From the IMG/VR virus record IMGVR_UViG_3300027728_000568: DNA of 64,000 nucleotides; one strand, given 5' to 3'. Under the pieces are notes generated by a model that was not told where the DNA came from, made no database searches, and was given only the letters and a program-made list of their open reading frames with translations. Each line of letters begins with the position of its first letter. Position 1 is the stretch's first letter. Below are positions 47,468 to 57,546 of the stretch, piece by piece. This DNA is from an uncultured virus (IMG/VR IMGVR_UViG_3300027728_000568) (lineage: Duplodnaviria; Heunggongvirae; Uroviricota; Caudoviricetes). Position numbers and translations under genes: made by a program.

Positions 47468-48511
47468 ATGAACAACTACTTTTGCGTTTTACCTTGGTAC
47501 AGTCAAGAACTAGGATCTCAAAATAGTCCATGTTGCCTATTGCCGGACAAATACAATATTAATCAAATAAAACAAGATTTGCTCAATAACATTCCATCTG
47601 TAGATTGTAAAAAATGTTGGGATATAGAATCCACTGGAAACAAAAGTCGCCGTCAATTTGAGAATGAATTTTTAGACTATAAATTGGATAGAGATTTAGA
47701 TAAGATTCAACAAGATTGTGCAGACTTAAAACATCAAACTTTACTTTATCAAATAACCACTAGTAATCTGTGTAATCAGGCATGTGTGAGCTGTGATAGC
47801 AGCTTATCAACTAAATGGGCGCAGATTGAAAAACGCATGGACATAATTCCTAAATCTCAATATCAAATTGAATTAGATCCAACAATTATCAATTACAGTT
47901 CAGCAAAACGAATTTCTTTGCTGGGCGGCGAACCGTTATTTGACCCTAAGACTTTTAAAATATTACAAAACTTAATTGACCACAATAACACTAATTGTTT
48001 TATATCATTGATCACCAATGGCAGTATACATCTAAACATACAACAAATTGACTTACTGAAGCAGTTTAATGATTTGAATATTTGTATCAGCATTGATGGC
48101 ATTGGTACTGTATTTGAATACATGAGATGGCCCGGAAAGTGGAATAACCTACTAGAAAATATTAAACAGTACAAAAACATAGCAAAAAATATCAGTGTAA
48201 GCTACACAATTAGTTCATTGAATGCTATGTACTATAACGAAACTGTTGATTGGTTTCAACAGAATAATCTAACATACAATCACAATGTTGTTTCATCTCC
48301 AGAATGGCTATCACTAGCAAACATGCCAACCATACTAAAACAACACTTAACTCAACAAGATAATTTTATCAAAATGTATTGTAAGCCCAATGGATGTGAG
48401 ATAGATTTAAAAATCCTAACACAAAATATTGTTAAACAAGACCATGCAAAAAAAATAAACATCAAAGACTATATGCCTGAACTAGCTGCTGTTATTTTTG
48501 ATACTGTATAA
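47468..48511 (+). CDS. Radical SAM protein with N-terminal Cys-rich domain
   Basis: CNQACVSC, GGEP, TNGS, SIDG, YMRWP; N-terminal CVLPW..PCC..CKKC. Confidence 0.87.
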   Translation: MNNYFCVLPWYSQELGSQNSPCCLLPDKYNINQIKQDLLNNIPSVDCKKCWDIESTGNKSRRQFENEFLDYKLDRDLDKIQQDCADLKHQTLLYQITTSNLCNQACVSCDSSLSTKWAQIEKRMDIIPKSQYQIELDPTIINYSSAKRISLLGGEPLFDPKTFKILQNLIDHNNTNCFISLITNGSIHLNIQQIDLLKQFNDLNICISIDGIGTVFEYMRWPGKWNNLLENIKQYKNIAKNISVSYTISSLNAMYYNETVDWFQQNNLTYNHNVVSSPEWLSLANMPTILKQHLTQQDNFIKMYCKPNGCEIDLKILTQNIVKQDHAKKINIKDYMPELAAVIFDTV

Positions 48512-49610
48512 ATTCAGCAACTTCAGGGAATACTGCTGTCATGTTTAAGTTTCTGCGATGATCATTTTTTTGTAACTCTTCCAGTACTCTTGTTAAATTG
48601 TATTGTTGTGATCCTAGAATTTTCAATTGTTGTATCCAAGGTTGGCAGTAATTGGATTGAGATTTAAAATACTCAATCATTGCATTGGGCATGGACTCTA
48701 GTCCGATGGACTCTAGTCCGTAAATTCCAAATGCTTGATGTGTGTATATTTCTATATCGTCACCAAATACAGATTTTGAAAAGTTTTGTTCATGCCAGTT
48801 GTACACATTATTAAGACTTAAAACATTTAAAATGCTAGCAGTCACAGTCAATGACAACATGCTGTTGTGAGGTAAATTTTTCTGCCACCACAATAAATTT
48901 TCTTCAACTTTATCCCATTTAGCTGGATATCGCAAATACTCAAATTGATTACCAATCTCGTCGATACTGAAACTTATTCGAGCAAACTTAAATTTTTCAA
49001 TAAGTTCTTTTGTTGATTGATCTATGCGTTGGGTACCATTAGTGTTGTACATTAATTTGATTTGGCTAACATCTGTATGATCAACTAGGTGTTGTAATAT
49101 TTGTTTATGAGTTAATGTTAAAAATGGCTCGCCTCCCCACATACGAAGTTCTCGCAAATTTGAAAGATCGAGAGCCTGCAATTTTGTTTTTATAAAATTG
49201 TCAATGTTAGGCCTAACATTGAGGCCTTTTATCCCAAGTTCTTTTCTCCAGGTGGTACTTAGCTCCGGGCCGCATGTTACACAAGCCAAATTACAAGTAT
49301 AGTCAATATTAACGTCAAGGTATTGAATGCCTGGATCATGTGTTTCTGCACCATGGGTTTCAAGGTAACCTACCCGCATGCTTTTTTTATTTGTCTCTTC
49401 TTGAGCAATACATTTAGAACAAAAAGATTTTGGCAAAATATTTTGTTGATTTTTAACACGCAGTTGGATTAGATCTGGGTGAAAAAAATCAACATGATCC
49501 GAAGTTTGAATTAACTGGTTTGCCCAACAACATGCCGAGTATGATACTGATTGTTTGTCAATTTTGGCTAGCATAAGCCCATGATGTATCCTAGGGCAGT
49601 ATTTGCTCAT
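48492..49610 (-). CDS. Radical SAM protein with N-terminal Cys-rich domain
   Basis: CNLACVTC, GGEP, TNGT, SID, YLRYP; N-terminal CPR..ACC..CSKC. Confidence 0.87.
   Translation of the reverse strand: MSKYCPRIHHGLMLAKIDKQSVSYSACCWANQLIQTSDHVDFFHPDLIQLRVKNQQNILPKSFCSKCIAQEETNKKSMRVGYLETHGAETHDPGIQYLDVNIDYTCNLACVTCGPELSTTWRKELGIKGLNVRPNIDNFIKTKLQALDLSNLRELRMWGGEPFLTLTHKQILQHLVDHTDVSQIKLMYNTNGTQRIDQSTKELIEKFKFARISFSIDEIGNQFEYLRYPAKWDKVEENLLWWQKNLPHNSMLSLTVTASILNVLSLNNVYNWHEQNFSKSVFGDDIEIYTHQAFGIYGLESIGLESMPNAMIEYFKSQSNYCQPWIQQLKILGSQQYNLTRVLEELQKNDHRRNLNMTAVFPEVAEFIQYQK
48691..48720. repeat. Perfect 15-bp tandem duplication
   Basis: ATGGACTCTAGTCCG x2, in frame (GLESI-GLESM). Confidence 0.9.
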
Positions 49611-51043
49611 GATGTTTTGATCTTTCCTAACAACTGCTTGAGTTTGGTACTTTGCACATCTGCTGAGATTTTTGGATCTGACGAGTCATTACTATCTTTA
49701 GGAGTCGGACGGTCCCACCTGCTGCCTGAATTGATAGATTCTGCTGGAGTGACTGACGCTTTTGCTTTGATAGAATCCATCAAGCTGGGTTTGCGGAACG
49801 AATTTTCACCGCCTTCGTCTCCAGCATCTGTAATACGCATAGTGTCAATATCATATTCAAGATCAATTTTTTGTCCTACTCCTGTTGAACTGCGCGACTT
49901 CATACATTGAATTTGATACTTGCCACGCTCTTTCATTTGTCTGCTGGTAAGGATACCAAACACATTATCTGCTGTGTTGATCTTGCTAATACCACCTGAA
50001 ATATGACTGTGGTCAAACTCTACTTCTTCTACAGCTGATCGATTCAACTGACTTGCAGTGACCATGAGTATTTGTAATTCTTTGGCCAAATTACGTAGTT
50101 CTTCACTCACATATTTGTCTTTAACAAACAAATCATTAGGACTTACTTTTGCGCTCACTGGCATCAACAAATCCAAATAGTCAATCATCACAAAGTCCAC
50201 ACGCTTGCCTGTTTGAATTTGATATTCTTTCAAGTATGCTCGTATATCATTGATGTTGCTCTGTGCCGGTAATCCTTTCACTTGATAGTTTCCAGATTTC
50301 TTACCCACTAGTTTGACTTTGAGCTCAGTGGTATCAATATCTTTACGAATATCCTTGGTGCTCATGTTGGTCAGCATAGCATCAGTTCTTAGACTTGTGA
50401 GTTCTTCACTCAACTCCAATGTGATGTACACCCCGCTCAATCCTGTTTGTACCCAATTCAATGCTATGTTCATCATGACCAAACTCTTGCCCGAACCCGA
50501 CCCACCAGCAAAGATGTTTAATTCACCGCGACTGAATCCACCATACAACAGTCGATCCATCTGCGGCCATCCTGTGCTGACTTGTCCGCCAGAGTTGAAA
50601 TACTTTTCAATTCTACCCTTGGGATCAGCAAAGTAATCAGTGCCCATGTCTTTAGTCAAGCTGATTTGCACAGCATCTTTGATCAGTTTCTCCACTGGAT
50701 CATAATCGCCTTTTTCCAACAAGTCTGCTGCTTTGAGAATTGCACGTTCCAGTTCTTGACGGCGAGTGAATGCTTCAAACTCTGTCATGAACCATTCAAA
50801 GTGTCCTTCGTTCAGCTCCGGCACTGGTTGTAGTTTCACTCCTGTTGTGGCTGATATCTGTGCTCTATCAGGAAGTGTTTTGTATTTGTCTCCGTGTTCT
50901 TTAAGAAACTCAGCAGCTGGTCTCAAACTTCGATCAAAGTTTTCTGGATTATAGATGTTCTGTACACGTACATAGCCTTGTGCGTCTTCCAACATCATTT
51001 CCAAAAATAACTTTTGTACTTCAATAGAATAATCTTTAAGCAT
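49607..51043 (-). CDS. Replicative DnaB-family helicase (T4 gp41-like)
   Basis: GGSGSGKS, TLE, IDYLD, ASQLNR, KSR. Confidence 0.95.
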   Translation of the reverse strand: MLKDYSIEVQKLFLEMMLEDAQGYVRVQNIYNPENFDRSLRPAAEFLKEHGDKYKTLPDRAQISATTGVKLQPVPELNEGHFEWFMTEFEAFTRRQELERAILKAADLLEKGDYDPVEKLIKDAVQISLTKDMGTDYFADPKGRIEKYFNSGGQVSTGWPQMDRLLYGGFSRGELNIFAGGSGSGKSLVMMNIALNWVQTGLSGVYITLELSEELTSLRTDAMLTNMSTKDIRKDIDTTELKVKLVGKKSGNYQVKGLPAQSNINDIRAYLKEYQIQTGKRVDFVMIDYLDLLMPVSAKVSPNDLFVKDKYVSEELRNLAKELQILMVTASQLNRSAVEEVEFDHSHISGGISKINTADNVFGILTSRQMKERGKYQIQCMKSRSSTGVGQKIDLEYDIDTMRITDAGDEGGENSFRKPSLMDSIKAKASVTPAESINSGSRWDRPTPKDSNDSSDPKISADVQSTKLKQLLGKIKTS

Positions 51044-51048
51044 GATTA

Positions 51049-52035
51049 TTAAGAACTCCGTATTCTTTTAACAAGATTTTTCTTTCTCATTTCAATTTTG
51101 ATTCGACTGGTTTCACGATTTTCAAATATAGTTAGCAGAGTTGTCAACCTACCATAGCGAACCACGCTGTCATTCACATCCTTGATATCTGCGGGCCACG
51201 GTGGCATGCTTACTGCCCATCCTAGTTCCACAGCACGATCCACAAGTTCCATACCTGCTGAATCTTGATCTGGCACCACAGTAATCTCTCGGCCAAGTCC
51301 GCGAATTAGTCTAGCTTGTTCATCTGATATAGTGTTGTGCATTACTGCTAGGCCACCAATACTGAGTGCATCAAATATACCCTCTACTACAATTGCATTG
51401 GTCCAATCCGCATGTTGCAAATCTGTGCCAAACACATATCCCTGTTGGCTATCACTGATGTATTTGGGTGTTTTATTATCCAGAAATCTGCGAGTATATC
51501 CCACAATGCGATTATCATGAGTAAATGGTATGATTACATTAGGTCGTGTTAGGAAGGAACGTTCTCTGTGCAATTCTATCATCAATGGATAATCATCTGG
51601 CACATGTCTGTTTTGTACATAAGTTCTATACGGTTCTTGATCGACCAGCAATTCGCTAAAATCTGGTAGTTCACGTTCTTCAAAATTAATACCTGCTAAT
51701 GTAGAATACAGTCGCTGCCGGTCATCAACGATACCGTATATGCCTCGATGTCTTAGACTTTCTAAGTTTAGCATATCAATTTCGGTGATAGGCACACCCA
51801 TCCAGCTCAAGAGCCTACGGGCCTTATAACTCAGTGTTCGGCCAAGGATAAAGCTGGCGGTGTAGTTGCAGTTGAAGCAATGATAGCTCCACCCTTGTTC
51901 CGTAGGCTTAATTCCACCACGATTGCGTTGATCTTTTGTACTGCCATTGTGTTGACAACATACTGCATTGAAACTGGTCCAGCCTGACGGTGTGGTCTTT
52001 CGTTTTGCTGGCAAGTATTCAAGGATATCTAGCAT
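51049..52035 (-). CDS. DNA primase (T4 gp61-like)
   Basis: Zinc finger CC..YHCFNC; TOPRIM VEGIFDA, PDQD, KDVND. Confidence 0.92.
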   Translation of the reverse strand: MLDILEYLPAKRKTTPSGWTSFNAVCCQHNGSTKDQRNRGGIKPTEQGWSYHCFNCNYTASFILGRTLSYKARRLLSWMGVPITEIDMLNLESLRHRGIYGIVDDRQRLYSTLAGINFEERELPDFSELLVDQEPYRTYVQNRHVPDDYPLMIELHRERSFLTRPNVIIPFTHDNRIVGYTRRFLDNKTPKYISDSQQGYVFGTDLQHADWTNAIVVEGIFDALSIGGLAVMHNTISDEQARLIRGLGREITVVPDQDSAGMELVDRAVELGWAVSMPPWPADIKDVNDSVVRYGRLTTLLTIFENRETSRIKIEMRKKNLVKRIRSS

Positions 52036-52037
52036 CC

Positions 52038-52772
52038 TTACATTGTAGCAGAGTCTATGGTAGAAATCAACTTTTCAGTAATCATTACGTGGCCAATTTC
52101 ATTGGGGTGGCCTCCGGGCATGACAAGTTCGCGATTTCGATTTCCAGGATGGTCTCGAAACCAAAGTGTAGTTGCAAAGTTGGGCCAAATTATAGTAGGG
52201 GTGTTTTTCATTTCACATTCAGCTGGCATGATGTGAAACTGCATTATAGGTATGTTGTGTCTAGCAGATACTCCGTCAAAGAACATCACAGTCTGTTGAT
52301 AGTTTAATCGTGTGAGTTCAGCACAGTTGGTCAATACCAGTTGTTGCTTGATCATGGTACGGAATTCTTCAGGTACTACACTGCTTCCAAATTCCACCCA
52401 GGTAGAATGTATGAACTTGTTCCAAGGTGGATCGTTGGAGTAACTACGATGATTAGGATTGTAAAAGCTAAGTCTGTCAGAATCAGTGTGTCCTACCAAT
52501 ACCAAACATTGTTCTGGATTGGGTTCATGCTCTAACCACCATTGAAATGTCCAAATTGAACTTTGCATGGATCCACCTGGGATGCCAAAATTTTCAACAG
52601 GTACATTGTAATGTTTACCAAGCAACCCTAAAAAGTTATGATTGGTTCGATATGTAGTATTCTGTACCCAACACGAGTGTGCATCAGAGTGTTTTTGTGC
52701 TAGTGCTGGATCCAGTAACTCGTCACCATACATCCATGAGTCACCAAATCCTACAATTTTTTTATATTTCAT
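52038..52772 (-). CDS. SGNH/GDSL-like hydrolase
   Basis: GFGDSW, NFGIPGGS, GHPNEIGH. Confidence 0.7.
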   Translation of the reverse strand: MKYKKIVGFGDSWMYGDELLDPALAQKHSDAHSCWVQNTTYRTNHNFLGLLGKHYNVPVENFGIPGGSMQSSIWTFQWWLEHEPNPEQCLVLVGHTDSDRLSFYNPNHRSYSNDPPWNKFIHSTWVEFGSSVVPEEFRTMIKQQLVLTNCAELTRLNYQQTVMFFDGVSARHNIPIMQFHIMPAECEMKNTPTIIWPNFATTLWFRDHPGNRNRELVMPGGHPNEIGHVMITEKLISTIDSATM

Positions 52773-53857
52773 CTAACTAGTATGCTTACAATGGCTCCAC
52801 GATTGATACTGATCGCAGCAATCTGATTGCTGCGTTGCGGATTGGCTACATATCCCTGACCACCATTAATAACATTTATGGCACTTACTGAGTTGCCTTC
52901 AATTTCTGCTTCGGCCACAGCACCAGCACCTAGACCAATGATATTCACACGTGGTGGTGCTAGATACCCGTATCCAGACTGATTCACAGTGATACCAGTA
53001 ATCACTCCATTGGCTCCGTAAGCTGTAGCAGTGGCCAATTGTACCTGTTCTGTACCCGGCCATTGATCTGACACAAGTCTCAACAAAGGATGATATCCTA
53101 ATACATTGATATAGGCTGTACCAGTTTTATTGTAATAGCTTTGCTGTTCAGTAACATCTACCCAAACTGATTCATAATTTTGAGCACCTTGTGCTTTGAC
53201 ATTTCCAGTAAAGTGATCCATTTCCATCTGGAACGTGGTCAAGCTGCTGCCATTACTGTCCACATGACTGCTAAATCGTTGCGGATCATTGAAAACATTT
53301 CCAAATGCACCTGGTGGATTTAATGCCCAGTCTGGATAATTGGAATTGAATACAGGATCTATATATGCTTCTGGACCGTAAATGGTAGGAATAGTTACCA
53401 AATGGCTGGGTACAAAAGCAGGTTTTACACTGTCTACAATATCCACGTCGCCACGAGCTTGGGCTTGTGCATCTACAAACACAGCTTCTACTAGATTACC
53501 GCTGGCACGTTCTATACTGTAGCTGCTGGGGTCAGGTGGGAATTCAGAAGTTTCTGCAGAAGTTAATGTGACTTTGGCTCGCCCGTATTGTGCATTGATA
53601 ATGACCATGTCTTTTTCAATCAACTGTGCAGTACCTGCTAGATTGATCAATTTGAATCGTAATTCAGACCCTGTGATATTCACAGGCTTTTGGTCTTGGT
53701 TGACAAACTCAAACAAGATCACGTTGTCAACACCTTTGTTGATGGTTAATTTTTTAGCGTACACAGGGTCCCACCTCCGGTCAAAATAAGCACCGCTGGA
53801 ATCTAAGACCAACACTCGTTGGATTTGTTGATAGATATAGATCTGAGTTGAATACAT
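52769..53857 (-). CDS. Putative virion structural (baseplate-associated) protein
   Basis: KGVDNVILFEFVNQDQKP; C-terminal GxGY beta-repeats; TAAATA and GGAG upstream. Confidence 0.65.
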   Translation of the reverse strand: MYSTQIYIYQQIQRVLVLDSSGAYFDRRWDPVYAKKLTINKGVDNVILFEFVNQDQKPVNITGSELRFKLINLAGTAQLIEKDMVIINAQYGRAKVTLTSAETSEFPPDPSSYSIERASGNLVEAVFVDAQAQARGDVDIVDSVKPAFVPSHLVTIPTIYGPEAYIDPVFNSNYPDWALNPPGAFGNVFNDPQRFSSHVDSNGSSLTTFQMEMDHFTGNVKAQGAQNYESVWVDVTEQQSYYNKTGTAYINVLGYHPLLRLVSDQWPGTEQVQLATATAYGANGVITGITVNQSGYGYLAPPRVNIIGLGAGAVAEAEIEGNSVSAINVINGGQGYVANPQRSNQIAAISINRGAIVSILVR

Positions 53858-53917
53858 ATGGTGCTCCAATGATATTTACCTAGAGTCTCCGGGTATAAAT
53901 ATCCAAACTAATACAAT

Positions 53918-54295
53918 ATGGGCAGAGACTTATTTCAAAAACTTGCAGACAAATATCCGTTTATAACGCTGTGTGTGTACGCCACCAACGAATATGTAGG
54001 TATCGTGCAGAATAGAGATGATATAATCACCACTATCTATGACTTTGGAAACGTAAAAGATCTAGAACAAAAACGTCGATACCTGGAATTGGCCAACACC
54101 TGGTGGTGGGAATCAAATCGTAGTATACCTATTAACATATTCCTACGTGGCGAATGGGACGAATTCCGCGGATGTTTAAGAACTTTTGTAAACAAGGACT
54201 TGGAAATACTGCATGGTCCTGTATGCAGCTTAAACGATATTGCCCGTAGAAAAGGCAAACGCAAATCAATTACCTTGGTCAGGCGTATGGAGTAA
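53918..54295 (+). CDS. Phage hypothetical protein
   Basis: YVGIVQN, WWWESNRSIPINIFL; TATAAATA upstream. Confidence 0.75.
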   Translation: MGRDLFQKLADKYPFITLCVYATNEYVGIVQNRDDIITTIYDFGNVKDLEQKRRYLELANTWWWESNRSIPINIFLRGEWDEFRGCLRTFVNKDLEILHGPVCSLNDIARRKGKRKSITLVRRME

Positions 54296-54835
54296 ATTCA
54301 TATGTAGCGCAACTAATGCTGCATATCCCACAGCATGAGCTTTTTTGAATACATATCCTCGGCTGTCATCGCCATCCCATACTGATTCAAATACTTGAGA
54401 CCAAGGCTGATTCTGCAAGTGTGCTTTGCCCGGACGTATCACACTGATAAATGCTGCCATTCTGGGAATAGAGTCAGGCCGCATACTTTTTAACAACTGA
54501 GTGTAGTTGCCAATATGAATCAACTGGTTGGCCCATTCTGAATCTTGCCACAATCTATCCCACGGCGGTGTGGCTGTTAACATTTGTTCATAATGTGCAG
54601 GATCTGTTACCAAGCTATAAACACTCATGTTCAACAAGTCAATCTTGAAATAGCCTCTTGTTTCTGCGGTTTCGTAATCCAAGGCTGCACATCCTAGTAT
54701 TGGATCACGTGGAATATCTGTAACGTAGATTCCTGAGTTGTGCTTTTTTCCATTGCTTTGCCGTGCAGCGGTGTGCTGTATCAATGCCAACACAGCATCT
54801 CTATTGGGCATGTCAATGTCAATATCTGCACTCAT
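54266..54835 (-). CDS. Miniature DnaE-like (C-family DNA polymerase) catalytic core
   Basis: ADIDID, HNSGIYV, GYFKIDLL, IRPG, GYVFKKAHAVGYA. Confidence 0.82.
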   Translation of the reverse strand: MSADIDIDMPNRDAVLALIQHTAARQSNGKKHNSGIYVTDIPRDPILGCAALDYETAETRGYFKIDLLNMSVYSLVTDPAHYEQMLTATPPWDRLWQDSEWANQLIHIGNYTQLLKSMRPDSIPRMAAFISVIRPGKAHLQNQPWSQVFESVWDGDDSRGYVFKKAHAVGYAALVALHMNLLHTPDQGN

Positions 54836-54839
54836 AATT

Positions 54840-55526
54840 TTACCATCCTGCTTGTGTTAAGATTTCTTTTGCGTAGGCCTGGTCTGCCGGATAATCCACA
54901 AACTTCTTTTGCCATACGTCTGAATCAATATACGGCCATATTATTGCCACTTGTTCTGCATTGAGTTCATTCAAGAACTTCTGTCCTGATTCACTATTAT
55001 AAATTACCCAAGCACTTATCCTGCCAGTGGTGATTGCATAGCATGTGGCATTGATACTGCCATATCTCAAACAATCGTGTGCCGATGCATGTTGCTTTTC
55101 ACTCCACCCTATACCGTGTTCAATGGCTCGAGCCAATGCATCATCCACTGATTCGCGACGCACATATTCCACTAGATATTCTGTGTATAGTTTGTCGCTG
55201 CACCAGTTGTCTATCTTCTTGTTGTTCTTCAACAACCATTCTATGAAACGCACGGGATTGATCACCTTGACATCTACACAATATCTACCCCACTTGACAA
55301 ATGCACGGTAATAAGGAGATGTGGCAAAGTCGTTCCACGTCTTGACTTTGGCGGATCCTTGGGTGTATTCGTAGAACTTTAGATACCCTTGTAGTCCTAA
55401 TTGCACGCCACGTTCTGCAGATTCCTGATATCGTTTCTTCTGTTCACAAACATGCACACTCAGACTAGATTCCTTGCTGAATGATCGATTGCAATACTTG
55501 CATGTGAAATTACTTGTCGTTGCCAT
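54840..55526 (-). CDS. Hypothetical protein with N-terminal zinc finger
   Basis: CKYC...H.C motif. Confidence 0.72.
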   Translation of the reverse strand: MATTSNFTCKYCNRSFSKESSLSVHVCEQKKRYQESAERGVQLGLQGYLKFYEYTQGSAKVKTWNDFATSPYYRAFVKWGRYCVDVKVINPVRFIEWLLKNNKKIDNWCSDKLYTEYLVEYVRRESVDDALARAIEHGIGWSEKQHASAHDCLRYGSINATCYAITTGRISAWVIYNSESGQKFLNELNAEQVAIIWPYIDSDVWQKKFVDYPADQAYAKEILTQAGW

Positions 55527-55953
55527 GGTCACGTATGAGTTGTGTGACTTCTTTTTTAGTGGTCATTGTGGCCATCAAATCAATTTCATCTTCTTTGAAA
55601 TGCGGATACAATTCTCTCAATTGCTTCTTCATGGCTGAATCACCAGCTTCTTTCTTTTTAAGTGAGATCCAACTATGCCGCCTGGCACCCATACCCGGAC
55701 TGGCTGCTGTGGCCATGAGCCATTGCAGTTTGGGATGCCGATGCATAGTAAAGAAGTGCTTGTTGAGATAGTGATTCACACTCTGCACATAGTATTCCTG
55801 TAGTTCCTGGGCACCGTCTACTGTGCTGCCCCAACGAACCATAAGGAACGTGCTGAATTTCTTACGTTCTTCAGGAGTAAGCTCATCGTAGAACGCTCGA
55901 TTCTTTGCGTCCATTTGCCGCATTTCGTTGCTGATGTTTAGTTTATCGCTCAT
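55510..55953 (-). CDS. Hypothetical protein, possibly clamp-loader small subunit (gp62-like)
   Basis: Helical; FSTFLMVRWGS..VN..LQW..RRHSWI pattern; replication neighbourhood. Confidence 0.45.
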   Translation of the reverse strand: MSDKLNISNEMRQMDAKNRAFYDELTPEERKKFSTFLMVRWGSTVDGAQELQEYYVQSVNHYLNKHFFTMHRHPKLQWLMATAASPGMGARRHSWISLKKKEAGDSAMKKQLRELYPHFKEDEIDLMATMTTKKEVTQLIRDHGNDK

Positions 55954-56189
55954 TTTGTCTTGGTAAGATGATAGATCATTATAGCACGTTCTAGTGCATC
56001 TTGTAAAGTGGGATTGGTATCAGCTGCTCGACGTATGTTGCCCCAGAGCTTGTCTTCCTGGATGTGTTCGTACAAGGGTCTACCGTCTGATGTTCTGCTG
56101 TCATATGATTCTACCAACTCACGGTCTGTACAGCCCGAGTCTCGACGATACACAGTATTACCACCATCAGGACTTTCAAACACTGGCAT
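55950..56189 (-). CDS. Small hypothetical protein
   Basis: FESPDGG.TVY.R start; ATGA overlap. Confidence 0.7.
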   Translation of the reverse strand: MPVFESPDGGNTVYRRDSGCTDRELVESYDSRTSDGRPLYEHIQEDKLWGNIRRAADTNPTLQDALERAIMIYHLTKTK

Positions 56190-56192
56190 AAT

Positions 56193-57005
56193 TTACTCGT
56201 TTAATGTCATGGCATCTTTAAAATTCAAAGTTGCTCCATTGGTACGCCATTGTTCAGCAACCAGACGATGCGACCAGTACTGTGAGTCGTTGGCTGTGTC
56301 TACTCCTAATGTGATTTTGTTCTTGTTCTTAAAGGTGGTATCAAATGATGCGTCTTCAAACAACATTGGAAAATTAAACACACCGCCCAATTGCAGATAC
56401 AGTAAATTTTCTATGATAGGCCCGTAAGGAACTCCATTAAGATAAATGAAATCCAGTTGATAACTGTTGTACCCTTGGCACACTCTATCTAATAAAAGTT
56501 TAACATAGGATCTTCTGAACAACGAATGTGCTCCCCACCAACGTCCACGTGTTATCTTTAATGATAATTTGGGATCACCAGCAGGATTACAGTAAGGCAT
56601 CATGACTTTGGTCAGTTGCACGCCATTCCAGTGCATGGGTAGATTTTGTACAAACTCGTCCCAGGTAAAATTCCAATGCTTTATGCTTTCAAAGCTAACG
56701 TCATCTTCACAAAAAATAGCATATTCTTCATCAGTGGAAACATACCAATTTCTCAAAAGATTTATGTGAGATATTATAGTGCCCATCTGTGTGCGAACTT
56801 CGGGCATACCCAATCCTGTGCCTGTTACTTGAACATAATCAGATATTTTTTCAAATCTTTCAGTTAGGTATACATTTGTTTTTGTAATACCATAATGGTC
56901 AAATTGATTTTGCATGTATGCTCTACGGTCCGTACTTTCCCGCAAACTGGTATAGTTTACTGAAGGAAAATTTTTAAGTTTTTCACTGTAGGATAACTCT
57001 GCCAT
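56193..57005 (-). CDS. GT25-like glycosyltransferase
   Basis: SL..STDRR, SH..L, IFCEDD. Confidence 0.8.
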   Translation of the reverse strand: MAELSYSEKLKNFPSVNYTSLRESTDRRAYMQNQFDHYGITKTNVYLTERFEKISDYVQVTGTGLGMPEVRTQMGTIISHINLLRNWYVSTDEEYAIFCEDDVSFESIKHWNFTWDEFVQNLPMHWNGVQLTKVMMPYCNPAGDPKLSLKITRGRWWGAHSLFRRSYVKLLLDRVCQGYNSYQLDFIYLNGVPYGPIIENLLYLQLGGVFNFPMLFEDASFDTTFKNKNKITLGVDTANDSQYWSHRLVAEQWRTNGATLNFKDAMTLNE

Positions 57006-57008
57006 GAC

Positions 57009-57509
57009 CTACCACGCTTTATTGTAATCAACAATCTCACAGTTACGACTGATATCTTTAACAAAATACACACAGTCCGGTTGTGGGTCGTCATTAATAG
57101 GAACGCATAACATCTGCCCATTTTTTAGTTTGGGTGCATACCATGACACTTCTTGATATACATCCACAATTTCTATAGGAGGAAAACTTGGGCGGAAACT
57201 GGAGAGAGGATTAAACTGAAAAAGTTTGAATCCACGGTCATTAATACTGGTGAGTGGTAACGTTTCCAGGTCGCCTACATCAGGTTCACCAATCAACACT
57301 TGCCAATCCATGGGCATTTTGATTCGAGCATCACCTATCTGCAAAACCAATGCAGGTGCATTAAAACTTTCCAGGAAAATTAAAGGGATGTAATGGTAGT
57401 CAGGATTGGCTGGATCAGAATTATCTAATATAGCAAATCTCATGTCATCTACTTCTTCGGGTAAATGTGTGAGATCATATGGTCGGTTGTCTAATGTAAG
57501 GATACGCAT
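57009..57509 (-). CDS. Phage hypothetical protein
   Basis: PLIFLESFNAP, WYAPKLKNG. Confidence 0.75.
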   Translation of the reverse strand: MRILTLDNRPYDLTHLPEEVDDMRFAILDNSDPANPDYHYIPLIFLESFNAPALVLQIGDARIKMPMDWQVLIGEPDVGDLETLPLTSINDRGFKLFQFNPLSSFRPSFPPIEIVDVYQEVSWYAPKLKNGQMLCVPINDDPQPDCVYFVKDISRNCEIVDYNKAW

Positions 57510-57546
57510 GAGTTTATTGTACTGTATTTTTTATAAAAATGCAACC

